From Octopus vulgaris (Eukaryota): 64,000 nt of DNA. A program made the position numbers and the translations under genes. The stretch's first letter is position 1. Each line of letters begins with the position of its first letter. The notes under the pieces were generated by a model that had not been told where the DNA came from, ran no database searches, and worked only from the letters and a program-made list of their open reading frames with translations. This document shows, one piece after another, positions 1 to 11,894 of this stretch. The stretch lies in assembly GCA_951406725.2 (NCBI GenBank), contig OX597831.1:72540001-72604000 (forward strand), read 5' to 3'.

Positions 1-12
1 TATATATATATA

Positions 13-180
13 TTTACGGCGAGCTTCTTTCGGTTTCCGTCAACCAAATCCACTCACACGTCTTTGCTTGGCCAAAGTCTATAATTGAAGACTCTAACCC
101 AAGGTACCGTACAGTAAAATTGAACTTGAAGTCATGTGGTTGGGAAGCAAACTTCTCACCACACAGCCTCGGCTACGCCA
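13..180 (-). mobile_element. Partial octopus-type tRNA-derived SINE (family A)
   Basis: Diverged reverse complement of the family A head (ggcgtagccgaggctgtgtgg...ggaaaccgaaagaagc). Confidence 0.7.
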
Positions 181-314
181 TATTTATTTTTATGTTCACT
201 ACTGGCATTGGTGAGTAGATCTGTAAACCCGAAGTGCATTGCCTCTTAACGTTTCGGGGATTTTACACACCTCAAGAATATTATTCATATCATCTAACTT
301 ACCAAAATATTTAC

Positions 315-670
315 CTACATGGTACATGGATACATGCAGGCATACATACATTCATACATGCATAGATACATACATGCAGGCATGCATACATACATACATG
401 CTCCCATACATAAATATATATATACATATATACAAGCATGCATGCATACATATATGCATGCATACATACATACATTCATGCATGCACACACAGACATACA
501 TGCGTGCGTACATACATATATGCATACATACATGCGTGCATACATACATACATGATGCATGCATACATACATGCACACATATATTTATATATACATACAA
601 GCATGCACACATGAATATATACATACATGCATACATATATACATGCATACATATATACATGCATACATAC
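315..670. repeat. Degenerate (TACA)n/(CATG) microsatellite
   Basis: Directly visible; explains the overlapping spurious ORFs. Confidence 0.9.
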
Positions 671-1689
671 ATGTTGGCTGCCCCCTCGTTATCGAGTATG
701 GCCATTGCATGAAGCTTAATCAATGTTGTTATCGTGCAATGCCTGTGCAAGAAGATTTTTTTTAAAGTGAGGAAAGGCTGTGCACTGAGTCAATCCCACT
801 CACTAAGCAACAACAGTCATAATCCGAAAAGAAGAACAAGTCATCGGTAACCACTGAACCGCAGGTTTTATGTCGGAGTTATCCCAGTTTCCTGAGTTAC
901 CTTCTCCTAGAAGGATTCCCTAACAAAGGCTAGGAGTCCTTCACTCCCAATGGTTTAACCGCGCGATCGAGTATTCAGTCCGATTATTTCTATGTTCCCG
1001 CGCATGATACAACCTTAAGACATTTATTGGATGGCCGTTGACTCTCAAGAGTTCCTCCGCCCTTTGACGGGTTTTGTTTTTCCTCCCGCAGTCCTAATAA
1101 TAATAAACACCCTCCTCACCAAGCATGCATACATACATAGACACATACACACATGCATACATACGTAGGTACATACAAGCATACATACATGCATACATGC
1201 GTACATACATACATGCATATGTTTTCAGAAAATGTAATGCAGTTTTTAAATTCGTCTTCGATAGATCTTTCTTAAGTTCTTTTGCATTTTATGGAAATGA
1301 GTGTCTTTTAAATTTGAATTCCAAATATATTCAGTATCTTCTGCCATCTTACTCGTCTTTTTTATTAAATAGTCATTAATCTATCAATTATGCCCCTTCA
1401 GTTCTATTCCGTTGGACGATGCTGAAAAGCTACAAGTCCACCATCTTGACTCTTATAGCAGATATGTATTGGAAAGAGACGACATATTCAAGACAGAACA
1501 CATCCATCTTTTACTATTTGCTGGAATGAAACGTTAGAAATAACAGTTGGTAAATTAATTTTAGTAATCTCTTCAAATTATTTGCTGAACCAAAGTTAAA
1601 TTGCATTTTTCTCTTTAATCAATATTCGAACGTACCCTAGGAATAATTTTTACTGGCCCTCATTAATGTTCAATGAGCTATTCTTACTT

Positions 1690-1734
1690 TCTCTCTGCCT
1701 CTGTCTCTCTCTCTCCTTCTGTGTGTGTGTGTCA

Positions 1735-1825
<91 letters not shown>
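1690..1825. repeat. (CT)n/(GT)n/(CTGT)n microsatellite
   Basis: Directly visible. Confidence 0.95.
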
Positions 1826-1827
<2 letters not shown>

Positions 1828-2330
1828 GGTATCATACTGAGCAAATATCAAACTGGCAACTTTATAACGAGTCAAAAAAATTATTTCTTTCATTCCAGTT
1901 CTCACTCCTCTCTCTCTCCTTCTCACTCTCTCCCCCCTCTCTCTCTCTCTCTCAGCTCCCTTTTCCCTTCTCCTTTCTCGCTTTTTCTCCCCAGCCTTCT
2001 TGTTTTCTTTTTGGTTGTCTTCTAAAGCTATATATAATTGTAAACAAGCTGCCGTTACAAATATATGAAACAATATGTATACCAACCAGTTAATTTCACA
2101 TGCAAATATTGTATGGCGATGAAGCAATAACAAGAAATAATATTTTCTTAAAATATATATTAAAACAAACAATTTTTAGTCGTTGCTAATTGGTGTACGG
2201 AAAAGTCAAAACAAACGCTTCACTTTCAGAGAAATTCATTCCAAATAGTGACAGTTTCAATAAATACTATGATTGATTTGACTAAATATCATGATTGATG
2301 TTTCAAATAAAAATAGAAATAGGAAGAGAT

Positions 2331-4334
2331 TTACCACATATCATCATATGTCTGGTTTAGGTAAGCACCCGTAGAATTGATAGATGTCGTTTTTAAACCT
2401 AAAGTCAGACTGCTAGTACTTCCAAGAACACTAACTTGTAGGTGCTGCTTTGAAGTTGAAATTACACTTCGGGAGGATTTCAGGTCCATAGTTAGTGATG
2501 TTAGCCCAGTAAACAGCGGAAGAAGAAATAAAGTGATCAACATACAGAGAATAATGCTTGAACTTGGGACAAAAATCACTACCACCGGAGCAACAACAGC
2601 GGCCAATAAAGTGTACATCCATAAGTGTTTCAGACTGGAGAGGAAAGGATTACAGTTTTTAAATTCTTCTTCGACAGATCTTTGTGGAATCCATTTACAA
2701 TTGGCGGAAATATTCGCCTGGATTGCACGAAAGATGCGTACGCAACCAACAATGGCTTCAGGCGTAAATTGTAAAAATGATGTCAAAATTTCTATAATGA
2801 TGTATTTAGCGTTTGATTTGGTACACGTAGCAAATTTAGGGAAAACAAGAACCAAGAACATGATTATAAAGATTGGTGCATGCGGATACCTTAGGTCTAT
2901 ACCAACGTGTAAACAAATAAATATAAGTAAGAAAGGTTTCATCAGCATCTGCCTTAATGCCGAATGGGCAATATAAGCCGTAACGAAATCAAGTTTACTT
3001 TCGGTCCTCAGAACTGTTTTATTAAACTTATCCCTTTGAAAAACTTTCTGTAAGCTCCTAAAAATTACACCAATCGTATTTTTCCAGAAGTACATGGATA
3101 ATATAACCTCACCTCGATTCCAACGTCGTTCTCGAATGTTCCATGTAACGTAATTAAAACTGGGAGCTTCCAGTAAGAACACTGAGCCGGCATAGTAAGG
3201 TTTGAGTAAAGCTGCTTCAAATGTGTCGTGACTAAGAACATCGATAGGAACACGTTCGATTAGATTGTCTCTATCCCCGATTATATTTTCGATGTATATA
3301 CGGTTTTTGATGAGCCCTTTTCCGAAGAAACCACACTGACCAAGTAATGCTGTGACAGCATTTGTCATTGGCTCGTAGATCATTTGTCTCATCGCTTCCA
3401 GCCTCATGTAAATGGTATCGTTTTCATCGCGACTTAGTTTTATAGATGGTTGAATGATCCCTTTCTCTGGGTTTGCTGCAGCTATCCCGAGAAGCTTTTC
3501 TACCGTTCCATCGGGAACCCCTGTATCGGCATCCAATACTAAGGTGTAATCAAATCGCCGGTTAAATATATTTTGCACGTCAGCTGAATAGTAAAAGGTG
3601 GGCTGGTTATAAGGACGGGCCATCTTTCCATAGTATTTCGTATCAGTATATGTATAAGCAAAAGATTCTCCCTCAGATAGCAACATTAGGTCTTGATATT
3701 GTCCACATTTACGTAAAACTTTACTGGTGCGGTGAATTACCATAAATTCTCGTGCAAATCGATCACATATTGAATCAAGGTGTTGATGAATGAAAATATT
3801 CCCTGGACAGTATTGGTAATACATCCATACGTTCTTAAAACGGTCTTGGTTGATATCGTCATAGTAGCCATTAGCGAAACAGACACCTTCTTTGAAAAGT
3901 TCATCGTATATTAACTTCCGGTATTTATCGCGGCATTCTAACTCACGTGATATGAGATTTTCTTTCGAAGTTGCACTAACAAGAACAGCAGATACATTGA
4001 AACATAAATTGCCCATGAATGCTTGAAACATTGTCTGGAAACATTCTTCAATATCATCAACTGTAACTGCTAACAAGTTATAGTTGAGAATGAGCGTTAA
4101 ATTGTCGCCTTCAGCCGTTGGGTTTTTCCTTCTGTTGCCGCCGACAATCAATGTGGCGATCGTCTGCACGGGGAATTCGTAAACAGATCCTTGTAGGATT
4201 CCAAGCACAATGACAAGAATAATACCTTGTGGTATGCTTGTCTTGTGCCAGTCAATATTGAAAATATTTAGAGCGGCACTACACAGAGCAAAAACGATCC
4301 ATAACATAAAATACAAAAAACTTCCTATATTCAT
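2331..4334 (-). CDS. Intronless membrane-embedded processive GT-A glycosyltransferase, OpgH/MdoH-like (beta-1,2-glucan synthase-like, GT2; some Cgs/NdvB-like motifs)
   Basis: Uninterrupted 667-aa ORF. Two N-terminal hydrophobic segments, a soluble domain with HRTSKVLRKCG, YTLVLDADT, ANPEKGIIQP, LGQCGFFGKGLI, VLSHDTFEAALL, LLEAP..RERRWNRGE, then several C-terminal TM segments with WIPQR. Order and spacing match OpgH (RKxGN, VLDADS, ANPxAGIIQ, LSHDFVEAALM, RDRRWCxGN) as recalled. The ATG has A at -3. Confidence 0.85.
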   Translation of the reverse strand: MNIGSFLYFMLWIVFALCSAALNIFNIDWHKTSIPQGIILVIVLGILQGSVYEFPVQTIATLIVGGNRRKNPTAEGDNLTLILNYNLLAVTVDDIEECFQTMFQAFMGNLCFNVSAVLVSATSKENLISRELECRDKYRKLIYDELFKEGVCFANGYYDDINQDRFKNVWMYYQYCPGNIFIHQHLDSICDRFAREFMVIHRTSKVLRKCGQYQDLMLLSEGESFAYTYTDTKYYGKMARPYNQPTFYYSADVQNIFNRRFDYTLVLDADTGVPDGTVEKLLGIAAANPEKGIIQPSIKLSRDENDTIYMRLEAMRQMIYEPMTNAVTALLGQCGFFGKGLIKNRIYIENIIGDRDNLIERVPIDVLSHDTFEAALLKPYYAGSVFLLEAPSFNYVTWNIRERRWNRGEVILSMYFWKNTIGVIFRSLQKVFQRDKFNKTVLRTESKLDFVTAYIAHSALRQMLMKPFLLIFICLHVGIDLRYPHAPIFIIMFLVLVFPKFATCTKSNAKYIIIEILTSFLQFTPEAIVGCVRIFRAIQANISANCKWIPQRSVEEEFKNCNPFLSSLKHLWMYTLLAAVVAPVVVIFVPSSSIILCMLITLFLLPLFTGLTSLTMDLKSSRSVISTSKQHLQVSVLGSTSSLTLGLKTTSINSTGAYLNQTYDDMW

Positions 4335-4677
4335 TGTACATAATTCTCTTTTGTCAATCTTTTACTATTTTATAGTTTTACATGTTCTCTTAAATTCTTT
4401 TTGTATATCATTTTTATAGTTTAATTTGTTTTGTTGCTTTAAATTTTCTTGTAATTACTTTATTCTATATTCGTTTTTCATCTGTGTCCTTCTTGGTTAC
4501 AATTTCTTTCGTTCCTTCTTCGTTATGATTATTTGCGCTTCAATGGCTGTTCTTTCCTGTTTACTTCTTTACATTTCGTCGCATTTTATTTTAGAGCACT
4601 TCGACAGATTTCCATCTAAAGTACTTCCTCGCTCGGGTTTTCTTCAGACACCATTTTGGTTACATTCTGCCAAGAAT

Positions 4678-5019
<342 letters not shown>

Positions 5020-5030
<11 letters not shown>

Positions 5031-5370
5031 GTGAATAAAAAAGAAAGAACATGCATGATAATTGGCGTAGCATATCCTGATGACAACAGGATCAAAGAGA
5101 AAGAAGAAGAAAAAAATGAACAACTATGACGATTTGAAGTGGGAAATACGAAGGTTGTGGTCAATGAGGAAAGTAGACGTGGTAACGACCAACACGGCTC
5201 CAAAAGATTGGTACAAATGTAAAGGTAGAACACCGACAAAAATCAGCATTGCTTGGAGCTGCAAGAATTCTTTTCAGGGTTCTTGAAGCGTGACCGGTAA
5301 ACAAATGTCACCTTGGTCCGCTGACAGTGGATCGATGACGCTTTCTATCATACTCAGTAAAATAAACTGT
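5020..5370 (+). mobile_element. 3' fragment of an R4/Dong-like non-LTR retrotransposon (restriction-like endonuclease region)
   Basis: VVVNKKERTCMIIGVAYPDDNRIKEKEEEK / YDDLKWEIRRLWSM and KSALLG resemble the RLE C-terminus; embedded in trinucleotide repeats. Confidence 0.6.
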
Positions 5371-5439
5371 GAGTTTTCAGTAAAGAACAACAACAACTAC
5401 TATTACTACTACAATACCAACAACAACAGCAACAACAGT

Positions 5440-5795
5440 GGAGGCGCAATGGCCCAGTGGTTAGGGCAGCGGACTCACGGTCGGAGGATCGCAGTTTCGA
5501 TTCCCAGACCGGGCGTTGTGTGTGTTTATTGAGCGAAAACACCTAAAGCTCCATGAGGCTCCGGCAGGGGGTGGTGGCGACCCCTGTTGTACTCTTTCGC
5601 TCCAACTTTCTGTCACTCTTTCTTCCTGTTTCTTGTCCCCGACTCCCCACGCAACCGCTGAGCCTGGATGCGCATTCATCCATCCGTCGATGCTCTCGGT
5701 GTCGGGGGTTGACCTGCTTTCTGTTCTGCGGGTCTTACGAATAGCAAAAGGACCTCGTTTCGGACTTCTCCCAAACGCTCAACAGCAACAACAAT
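5440..5795 (+). mobile_element. tRNA-derived SINE (family C) with (CAA)n tail
   Basis: Head ggaggcgcaatggcccagtggttagggc...gtttcgattccc has A- and B-box-like motifs; flanked by caacagcaacaaca on both sides. Confidence 0.7.
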
Positions 5796-6739
5796 AAAGA
5801 AAATGGTATGCAGAAGAAGAGGAGAATAAACATTGTAAGAGGCGAATTGAAACAAAGAGTGAGAGCAAAGATTCGAGAAGATAAAACAATATTGGAATTA
5901 AGTGCTTTAAAATAATCAGAAGAAATTGTTTGAAAAACATTGTGGTCGGCGGGAAAATTAGAAATACATGGAGATGAAGTATTAAATATAGAGAAAAATA
6001 GAAAGTGCTGAGGTGATTAATGGAGCAAGAAAAATATCTACGCACAGGATGTAGATCTGTGGTCCCTGAGGGTACATATAAGATTTTTTAGGATCCGCGT
6101 AACAAAATAATAAACTGAGGATCTATATTAGAATTTTAAGGGACCCTGAACAATGTTTACTTTAGATGTATGTATTGGTGTGTATTGCAAGAAAACCCGG
6201 GTTTCTTTCTCAAACATAGTTCAATCTACACAACTTAAAGTGTGAAAAACAAAATAGGAATTTTCTAAGTTTCTATAAAACTAGTTTTTAAATATCGAAT
6301 GGTTACGGGGGTCTACCAGAATAAAACAGCAATCAAGGGGTCCATAGATTTGTCCTGTCTATATAACTACTACATAGGTTACACATACATACATATCACG
6401 CACATCATAAGCAGTTGTCCGAAAATGTCATCACAGTTTTATCTACCGATGAGACATGGTGTTGCAGCTAGGACACTCTATAATGAAATCCGTCGGAAGG
6501 ATAATCCCGAGGACAAAGAAATAAAAACCCACAATCGAAGACTACAGATCCAATCCATCACTGGAACTGTAAAAATCTGTAAAACTTACCAGAAGTTTAT
6601 CATTTAAATATATATGAGCATATCTAGACATGCAACTATATGCATGAGAATACATACATAAAACAAAACATACAAATCTGCATGCATACATACAAACATA
6701 CATACATACATACATACATACATACATACATACACAGTA

Positions 6740-7000
6740 TTCGTCACACGATTGTAAGGTCGTGAGTTCAGTTCCTGGCGATGCATTGTGTCCTTGAGCA
6801 AGACACTTTACATCACATTGCTCCATTCGGCTGTAATGTAGCAAGGGACCAGCTTTGTCGCATTCTGGATCTCTATGAGAACTGAGTTAAGGGTACACGT
6901 GTCTGTGGAGTGCTCAGCCACCAGCACGTTGGTTTCATGTGAGGGTTGTTCCATTGATTGGACCAATTGGAACCCTCGTCGTCGTAACTGACGGAATGCC
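6740..7000 (+). mobile_element. SINE fragment (family D; similar copy at about 18188-18470)
   Basis: Shared gagttcagttcc...gagcaagacacttt...gtgtctgtggagtgctcagccac sequence. Confidence 0.6.
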
Positions 7001-7017
7001 AGTTTTATATATATCAG

Positions 7018-7118
<101 letters not shown>

Positions 7119-7149
7119 GACTATATATATATATATATATATATATAAC

Positions 7150-8185
7150 GGGAAGCTTTATGAAAATAGACAAAAGACGAAGGCAGGTTTACGGAAATAA
7201 ACAAAAGACGAAGGCAGGTGGAATACAAACAAACAATTGTATTAGTATGGCGCTCAGGAAATATAAATAAAACAAGTCTTTAACGTTTCGAGCCTACGCT
7301 CTTCAACAGAAAGATACACAGAGAAGAAACACAGAAAGAAGGAGAGAAAAAAAAAGGCGTGCAGAGGCTAGCGAATCAACATGGCGATCTGATTTCGGCC
7401 AGAAGTCAAAGATCAAACGTGAGACGCAAGAGCGAAATTAGGGGAGATAATAGGGTTAAATGACCTCGCTCCAACACAAGAGTGTGTGTGCGTGTATGAG
7501 AAGAGTGTGTGTGTGTGTATGAGAGAGTATTAGTGCGTATGAGAGGTCTGGACGTGTGTATGTATATATGATGTGATGTGTAAAGTCGTATGGTGTAGTG
7601 TAGAGAGAGGAGATGAGGGAAGAGGGGGTAAGGGGGAGAGAGAGGGGAGGGGGAGAAAGAAAGGGGAGAAGGAAAGGGGAGAAGAGGAGGGGAAGGGGGA
7701 GAAGGAAGGAGAGGAGAAGAGGAGGGGAGAGAAGGGGGAGAAGGAAGGAGAGGAGAAGAGGAGGGGAGAGGAGAAGAGGAGGGGAGAGGAGGAGGGAGGA
7801 TAGAGAGAGAGGGGAGAGAGAGAGAGAAGGGGAGTGAGGGAGCAGAGAGAAAGAGGGAAGGGGAAGAGGGAAGAAGGAGGGAGGGAGAAAGGGAAGAAGG
7901 GAAGAGAAGTAGGGGTGAAAGGATGAAGGACTGAAGAGAAGTAGGGGTCGGGGGGGAGGTTAGATGAGGAGGGGGAGAGGGGTTAGATGAGGAGGGGGGA
8001 GAGGGGGAGTTAGATGAGGAGGGGGGAGAGTTGAGACCAAATGGCGTATAAGAGCGAAGAGAGAAGATTAATTCCTGTTCACGGCGCAAACGGGAATCCG
8101 GATGGCCTCTGTGCAAGGACAAACCGAACACAGGCAGGTGTTGCAAGGAGTGACCGGTAGAGCGGAAAAATGCATGTAAACACAA
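7150..8185 (-). mobile_element. Penelope-like element 3' fragment (GIY-YIG C-terminus, pyrimidine-rich tract, hammerhead-like motif)
   Basis: FFRSTGHSLQHLPVFGL...RLRREQELIFSLRSYTPFGLN resembles the end of a PLE endonuclease; HHR-like motif downstream at 7277-7314. Confidence 0.7.
7277..7314 (-). ncRNA. Minimal type I hammerhead-like motif (degenerate core)
   Basis: Minus strand UCUUU-CUGUUGA-A-GAGC-GUAG-GCUC-GAA-ACGU-U-AAAGA: stems I and II plus palindromic stem III; A6 changed to U. Confidence 0.55.
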
Positions 8186-8236
8186 CGTTTTCAAGGCGAT
8201 CCAAAATTAGTTGAATTCAAAGTGAACACATACGCA

Positions 8237-8274
<38 letters not shown>

Positions 8275-8329
8275 CACTTTGGATTTCACTAGTTTTGGAT
8301 CGCCATGAAAACGTTAACATGTATTTTCG

Positions 8330-9290
8330 GAAATATGGGTCACACGGGCGCCTCAAAAGCGGAAGATCGCCCCGGGAAGACGATGAGCGATCTGGAAGAC
8401 CTGCCATGAGCGTCACCCCCGGAAATAGGGAGGAAATTCACCCGCTTGTGTTTAAGGATCGTCGAAGGACAATCAACGACATTGCTGACATTTTTGGTCT
8501 GTCGTATGGGTCCGTGCAGGCAATCCTCGCGTCTGGATTGAACATGCGGCGTGTCACTTCTACGTTTGTCCCTCACCTACTGACCATTGAGCAGAAAGAA
8601 CGTCGAAGTCTGTCAAGATCTCCGTCGGCCTATCGCTGATGACCCCCGTCCTTCATGTCGACCATCATCCCAGGTGACGGGAGTTGGGTCTACGAGTACG
8701 ACCCTGAGATGAAGCAGCAGTCGTCACAATGGAAGAGGTGTTCATCTCCACGATCGAAGAAGGCACAACAGAGCTGCAACTCAATCAAAAGCATGCTCCT
8801 CGTTTTTTTCCCCGACATCCGCGGTATTGTGCATCGAGAATTCTGCCACCCACCCACCTCCCCCGGGCCAGGCCGTCAATAGAGTGATCTAATGCGACGT
8901 TTTGTCGCGTTCGAGGGAGGACATTCGGCGAAAACGACCGGATTTGTGGAGCGCAAAGAATTGGATCCTTTACGACGACAGGGCACCCTGTCGCCAAGCC
9001 CTCCTCAATCGTCAGGTTCTTGCCAAAAGCAACATGATATTGCTTCAGCACCTGCCCTGTTCGTCAGATTTATCACCTTCGGACTTCCACCTCTTCCCCC
9101 AACATGAAAATGAAGCTGAAAGGTTGCCGCTTTAACATTGTTGTCGGGATCCAGAGCGAATCGTAGAAGGTCCTCTACTCGCTTATGGAAAACGACTTCC
9201 AGGCCGGATTCCAAAAGTGGCAGGAACGCTGGGACCCGTGGACCGCTGCGCAAGGCGACTATTTCGAAGGAGATGATGTTAATACTTAGG
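8330..9290 (+). mobile_element. Degenerate mariner (DD34D) transposase
   Basis: EDDERSGRP, IIPGDGSWVYEYDPEMKQQSSQWK, WILYDDRAP and SSDLSPSDFHLFP across frameshifts. Confidence 0.9.
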
Positions 9291-9295
9291 TAAAT

Positions 9296-9655
9296 AGCCA
9301 GCTAGAAACGATGTTTCCTGGGGCTAAACAACAGTAACAATCGTCCTATTTAGGGCAGCCACATTATGTTAGCAAATAGTTTTTACTTTAATGGACTGTT
9401 ACTGAATATCTCTCTTTGAGAGATTTAGAAATGATAACGTTTCTTTTAATAGTTATCGCCAAGCTAATATGGTAGTCCATAAATATAGGTTGAAAGCTGC
9501 CGTTGATTAGCTCCGAGAGGCCATCGCCTCTAGCTAGCTATATGACACACGAACCTGTGTCCATTATAACCTTCGAACAGAGGGGGTCAGCCGCTTCCAC
9601 TTGCAGATCATTCGTAGTCTCCTTTAGAGAGACTTAGAAATAATATTTCTATTAA
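9296..9655. repeat. Rearranged copy of the hammerhead-associated repeat family
   Basis: 9447-9600 is reverse-complement-similar to 63500-63655; 9628-9654 is similar to 63677-63714; 9297-9335 is similar to the reverse complement of 41600-41640. Confidence 0.65.
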
Positions 9656-9661
9656 TATTTC

Positions 9662-9695
<34 letters not shown>

Positions 9696-9921
9696 ACCAT
9701 AACTAGTTTGGGAACTTTTTGCCACCATCCTGGATGTGTCTGTGCGTCGCGCCGTGCATTTGTCGTCATAAATAACATTCTTTGTTACTTTTTTAATTTA
9801 TTTTGAAGGAGGGATAGGTGTATTATCAAAATATCTGCTGTCACGTTGGTATTCATATTAACAAATTGTTCTGCCGGGGTCTTTTATTTATATATTTGTC
9901 GTTTTATTTTTAACGTACAGC

Positions 9922-9956
<35 letters not shown>

Positions 9957-10329
9957 GGATAATAGCACTAATAATACACTATCTGCAACAATAACTACAG
10001 GTGCCGAAAATAGTCACTGAGTATGACAACAACAGCAACAACAAAGAAAACGATAGGTTACAAGACACATGAAACAACCCAAACGAAAATGTCAAGAAGC
10101 CAAGATGACGCCGTTCAGTGAAGCGTGAAAATGAGGTTGTAATCTCTGTTATTGTTCTTGTTTATTCTGTTATTGCTGTGGTTGTTGTTGTTGTTGTGGA
10201 TGTTGCTTAGTCTCAAGAACGGAACCTGCAGATCTACGGTCTACACTCCAACATGACGATCCTACATCTCTCCCTCGATGAATAAACCCAGAGCCTTACT
10301 GTTCGAGATGTTCTCTTTTTATCGTTATC

Positions 10330-10730
10330 TTTTACTAGTTTCGGTCATTAGACTGCGGCCATGCTGGGGCACCGCCTTGAAGGGTTTCAGTCGAAATCAT
10401 TGACTGCAGTACTTCTATTTCTTCTTTTTTTCTTTTTTTTGTTACAAAAAAGAAAAAGAAAAAGTGTTTAGTACTTATTCTATCGGTGTCTTATGCAGAA
10501 TAGCTGAGTTACGGAAACATAAACAAACCAACAGCGGTTGTCAAGCGGTACGGGGATGGTGGGAAACAAAAATAAACAGACATATACACCATAGACTTCC
10601 ACACAGTTTCCATCTGCCAAATTTGCTCATAAGGCATTACTCGGCCCGGGACTATTGTAAAAGACACTTGCCTAAGGAGGCTGTGCAGTAGGACCGAACC
10701 TGAAACCACACAGTCATGCCTATACATATT
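10330..10730 (-). mobile_element. SINE family A (diverged)
   Basis: Reverse complement of the family A body and tail. Confidence 0.75.
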
Positions 10731-10768
10731 TAAAACGGTAAGACGTCATTTGTAGCAAGCTTGGTTGC

Positions 10769-10935
10769 TAGGAGTGGCTGTGTGGTAAGTAGCTTGCTAA
10801 CCAACCACATGGTTCCGGATTCAGTCCCACTGCGTGGCATCTTGGGCAAGTGTCTTCTGCTATAGCCCCGGGCCGACCAATGCCTTGTGAGTGGATTTGG
10901 TAGACGGAAACTGAAAGAAGCCTGTCGTATGTATG

Positions 10936-10970
<35 letters not shown>

Positions 10971-11195
10971 ATGTGTGTGTGTTTGTGTGTCTGTGTTTGT
11001 CCCCCTAGCATTGCTTGACAACCGATGCTAGTGTGTTTACGTCCCCGTCACTTAGCGGTTCGGCATAAGAGACCGATAGAATAAGTACTGGGCTTACAAA
11101 GAATAAGTCCCGGGGTCGATTTGCTCGACTAAAGGCGGTGCTCCAGCATGGCCGCAGTCAAATGACTGAAACAAGTAAAAGAGTAAAAGAGAGTA
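10769..11195 (+). mobile_element. SINE family A (octopus OK/OR-type tRNA-derived)
   Basis: ggagtggctgtgtggtaag...ggttccggattcagtccc head, internal (TA)/(TG)n, aagagtaa tail. Confidence 0.9.
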
Positions 11196-11590
11196 GAGAG
11201 TTAAAGGGTTAAAGAGACCGAATGACAGAGTAAATGCTGTTTCGTTGAATCGCAAGCTGGAAGGTGTGGTGGGACGGTGACGCAAAACAGTATCGATTTA
11301 CATTGTCTGATACGGTGTGATGAACAGGATACCAGTTTATGATATCGTTTAACGTCATTTCAAGACCTACTGAAGCACAAACAAGTAAGGGTGTTGACAT
11401 TAATGCTTTTAGTGCCAGCGATGGAGGGCGAGTGCGGGGGGTTTCAACAGGCTATCGAAAAATAATCTGTTGACCAAAACACAATATTACGCAACGACTA
11501 GAGAGAGAGAGAGAGAGAGATACACCTGTTTGTTTTTGTGCGGTTTTACATACACAGGCCCACGTACACACACACAGACACATTTACACA

Positions 11591-11652
<62 letters not shown>

Positions 11653-11894
11653 ATGATAAATCTCATATATATATATATGTAAATGTAATATGTGACAATT
11701 ATTCGGTAGCCAAGATAAAACTCCGAGTTTCGGATGCCGAGGTGGAAATCCACGCCGCCATCTCTTCAATTATCTTGGCTACCGAATAATTGCCACATAT
11801 TACATTTACAGATAAATTCCTCTATTTACATAATATCGAGGTCTCTTTCATTCTTTTATTGTCTTACCATTTTTATCAATATATATATATACAT

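Noticed and set aside
239-2172. Many overlapping ORFs (HTYI, MYVC, LSLS, ERER), and similar ones across the window
   Set aside because: Translations of microsatellites with no coding complexity
2377-3253. Shorter ORFs overlapping the glycosyltransferase
   Set aside because: Antisense or off-frame shadows of the real CDS
2331-4334. Chitin synthase or hyaluronan synthase assignment; bacterial contamination
   Set aside because: Lacks QxxEY, EDR and QRRRW and has SHD and RERRW instead; host-like composition, host repeats on both sides and no operon context
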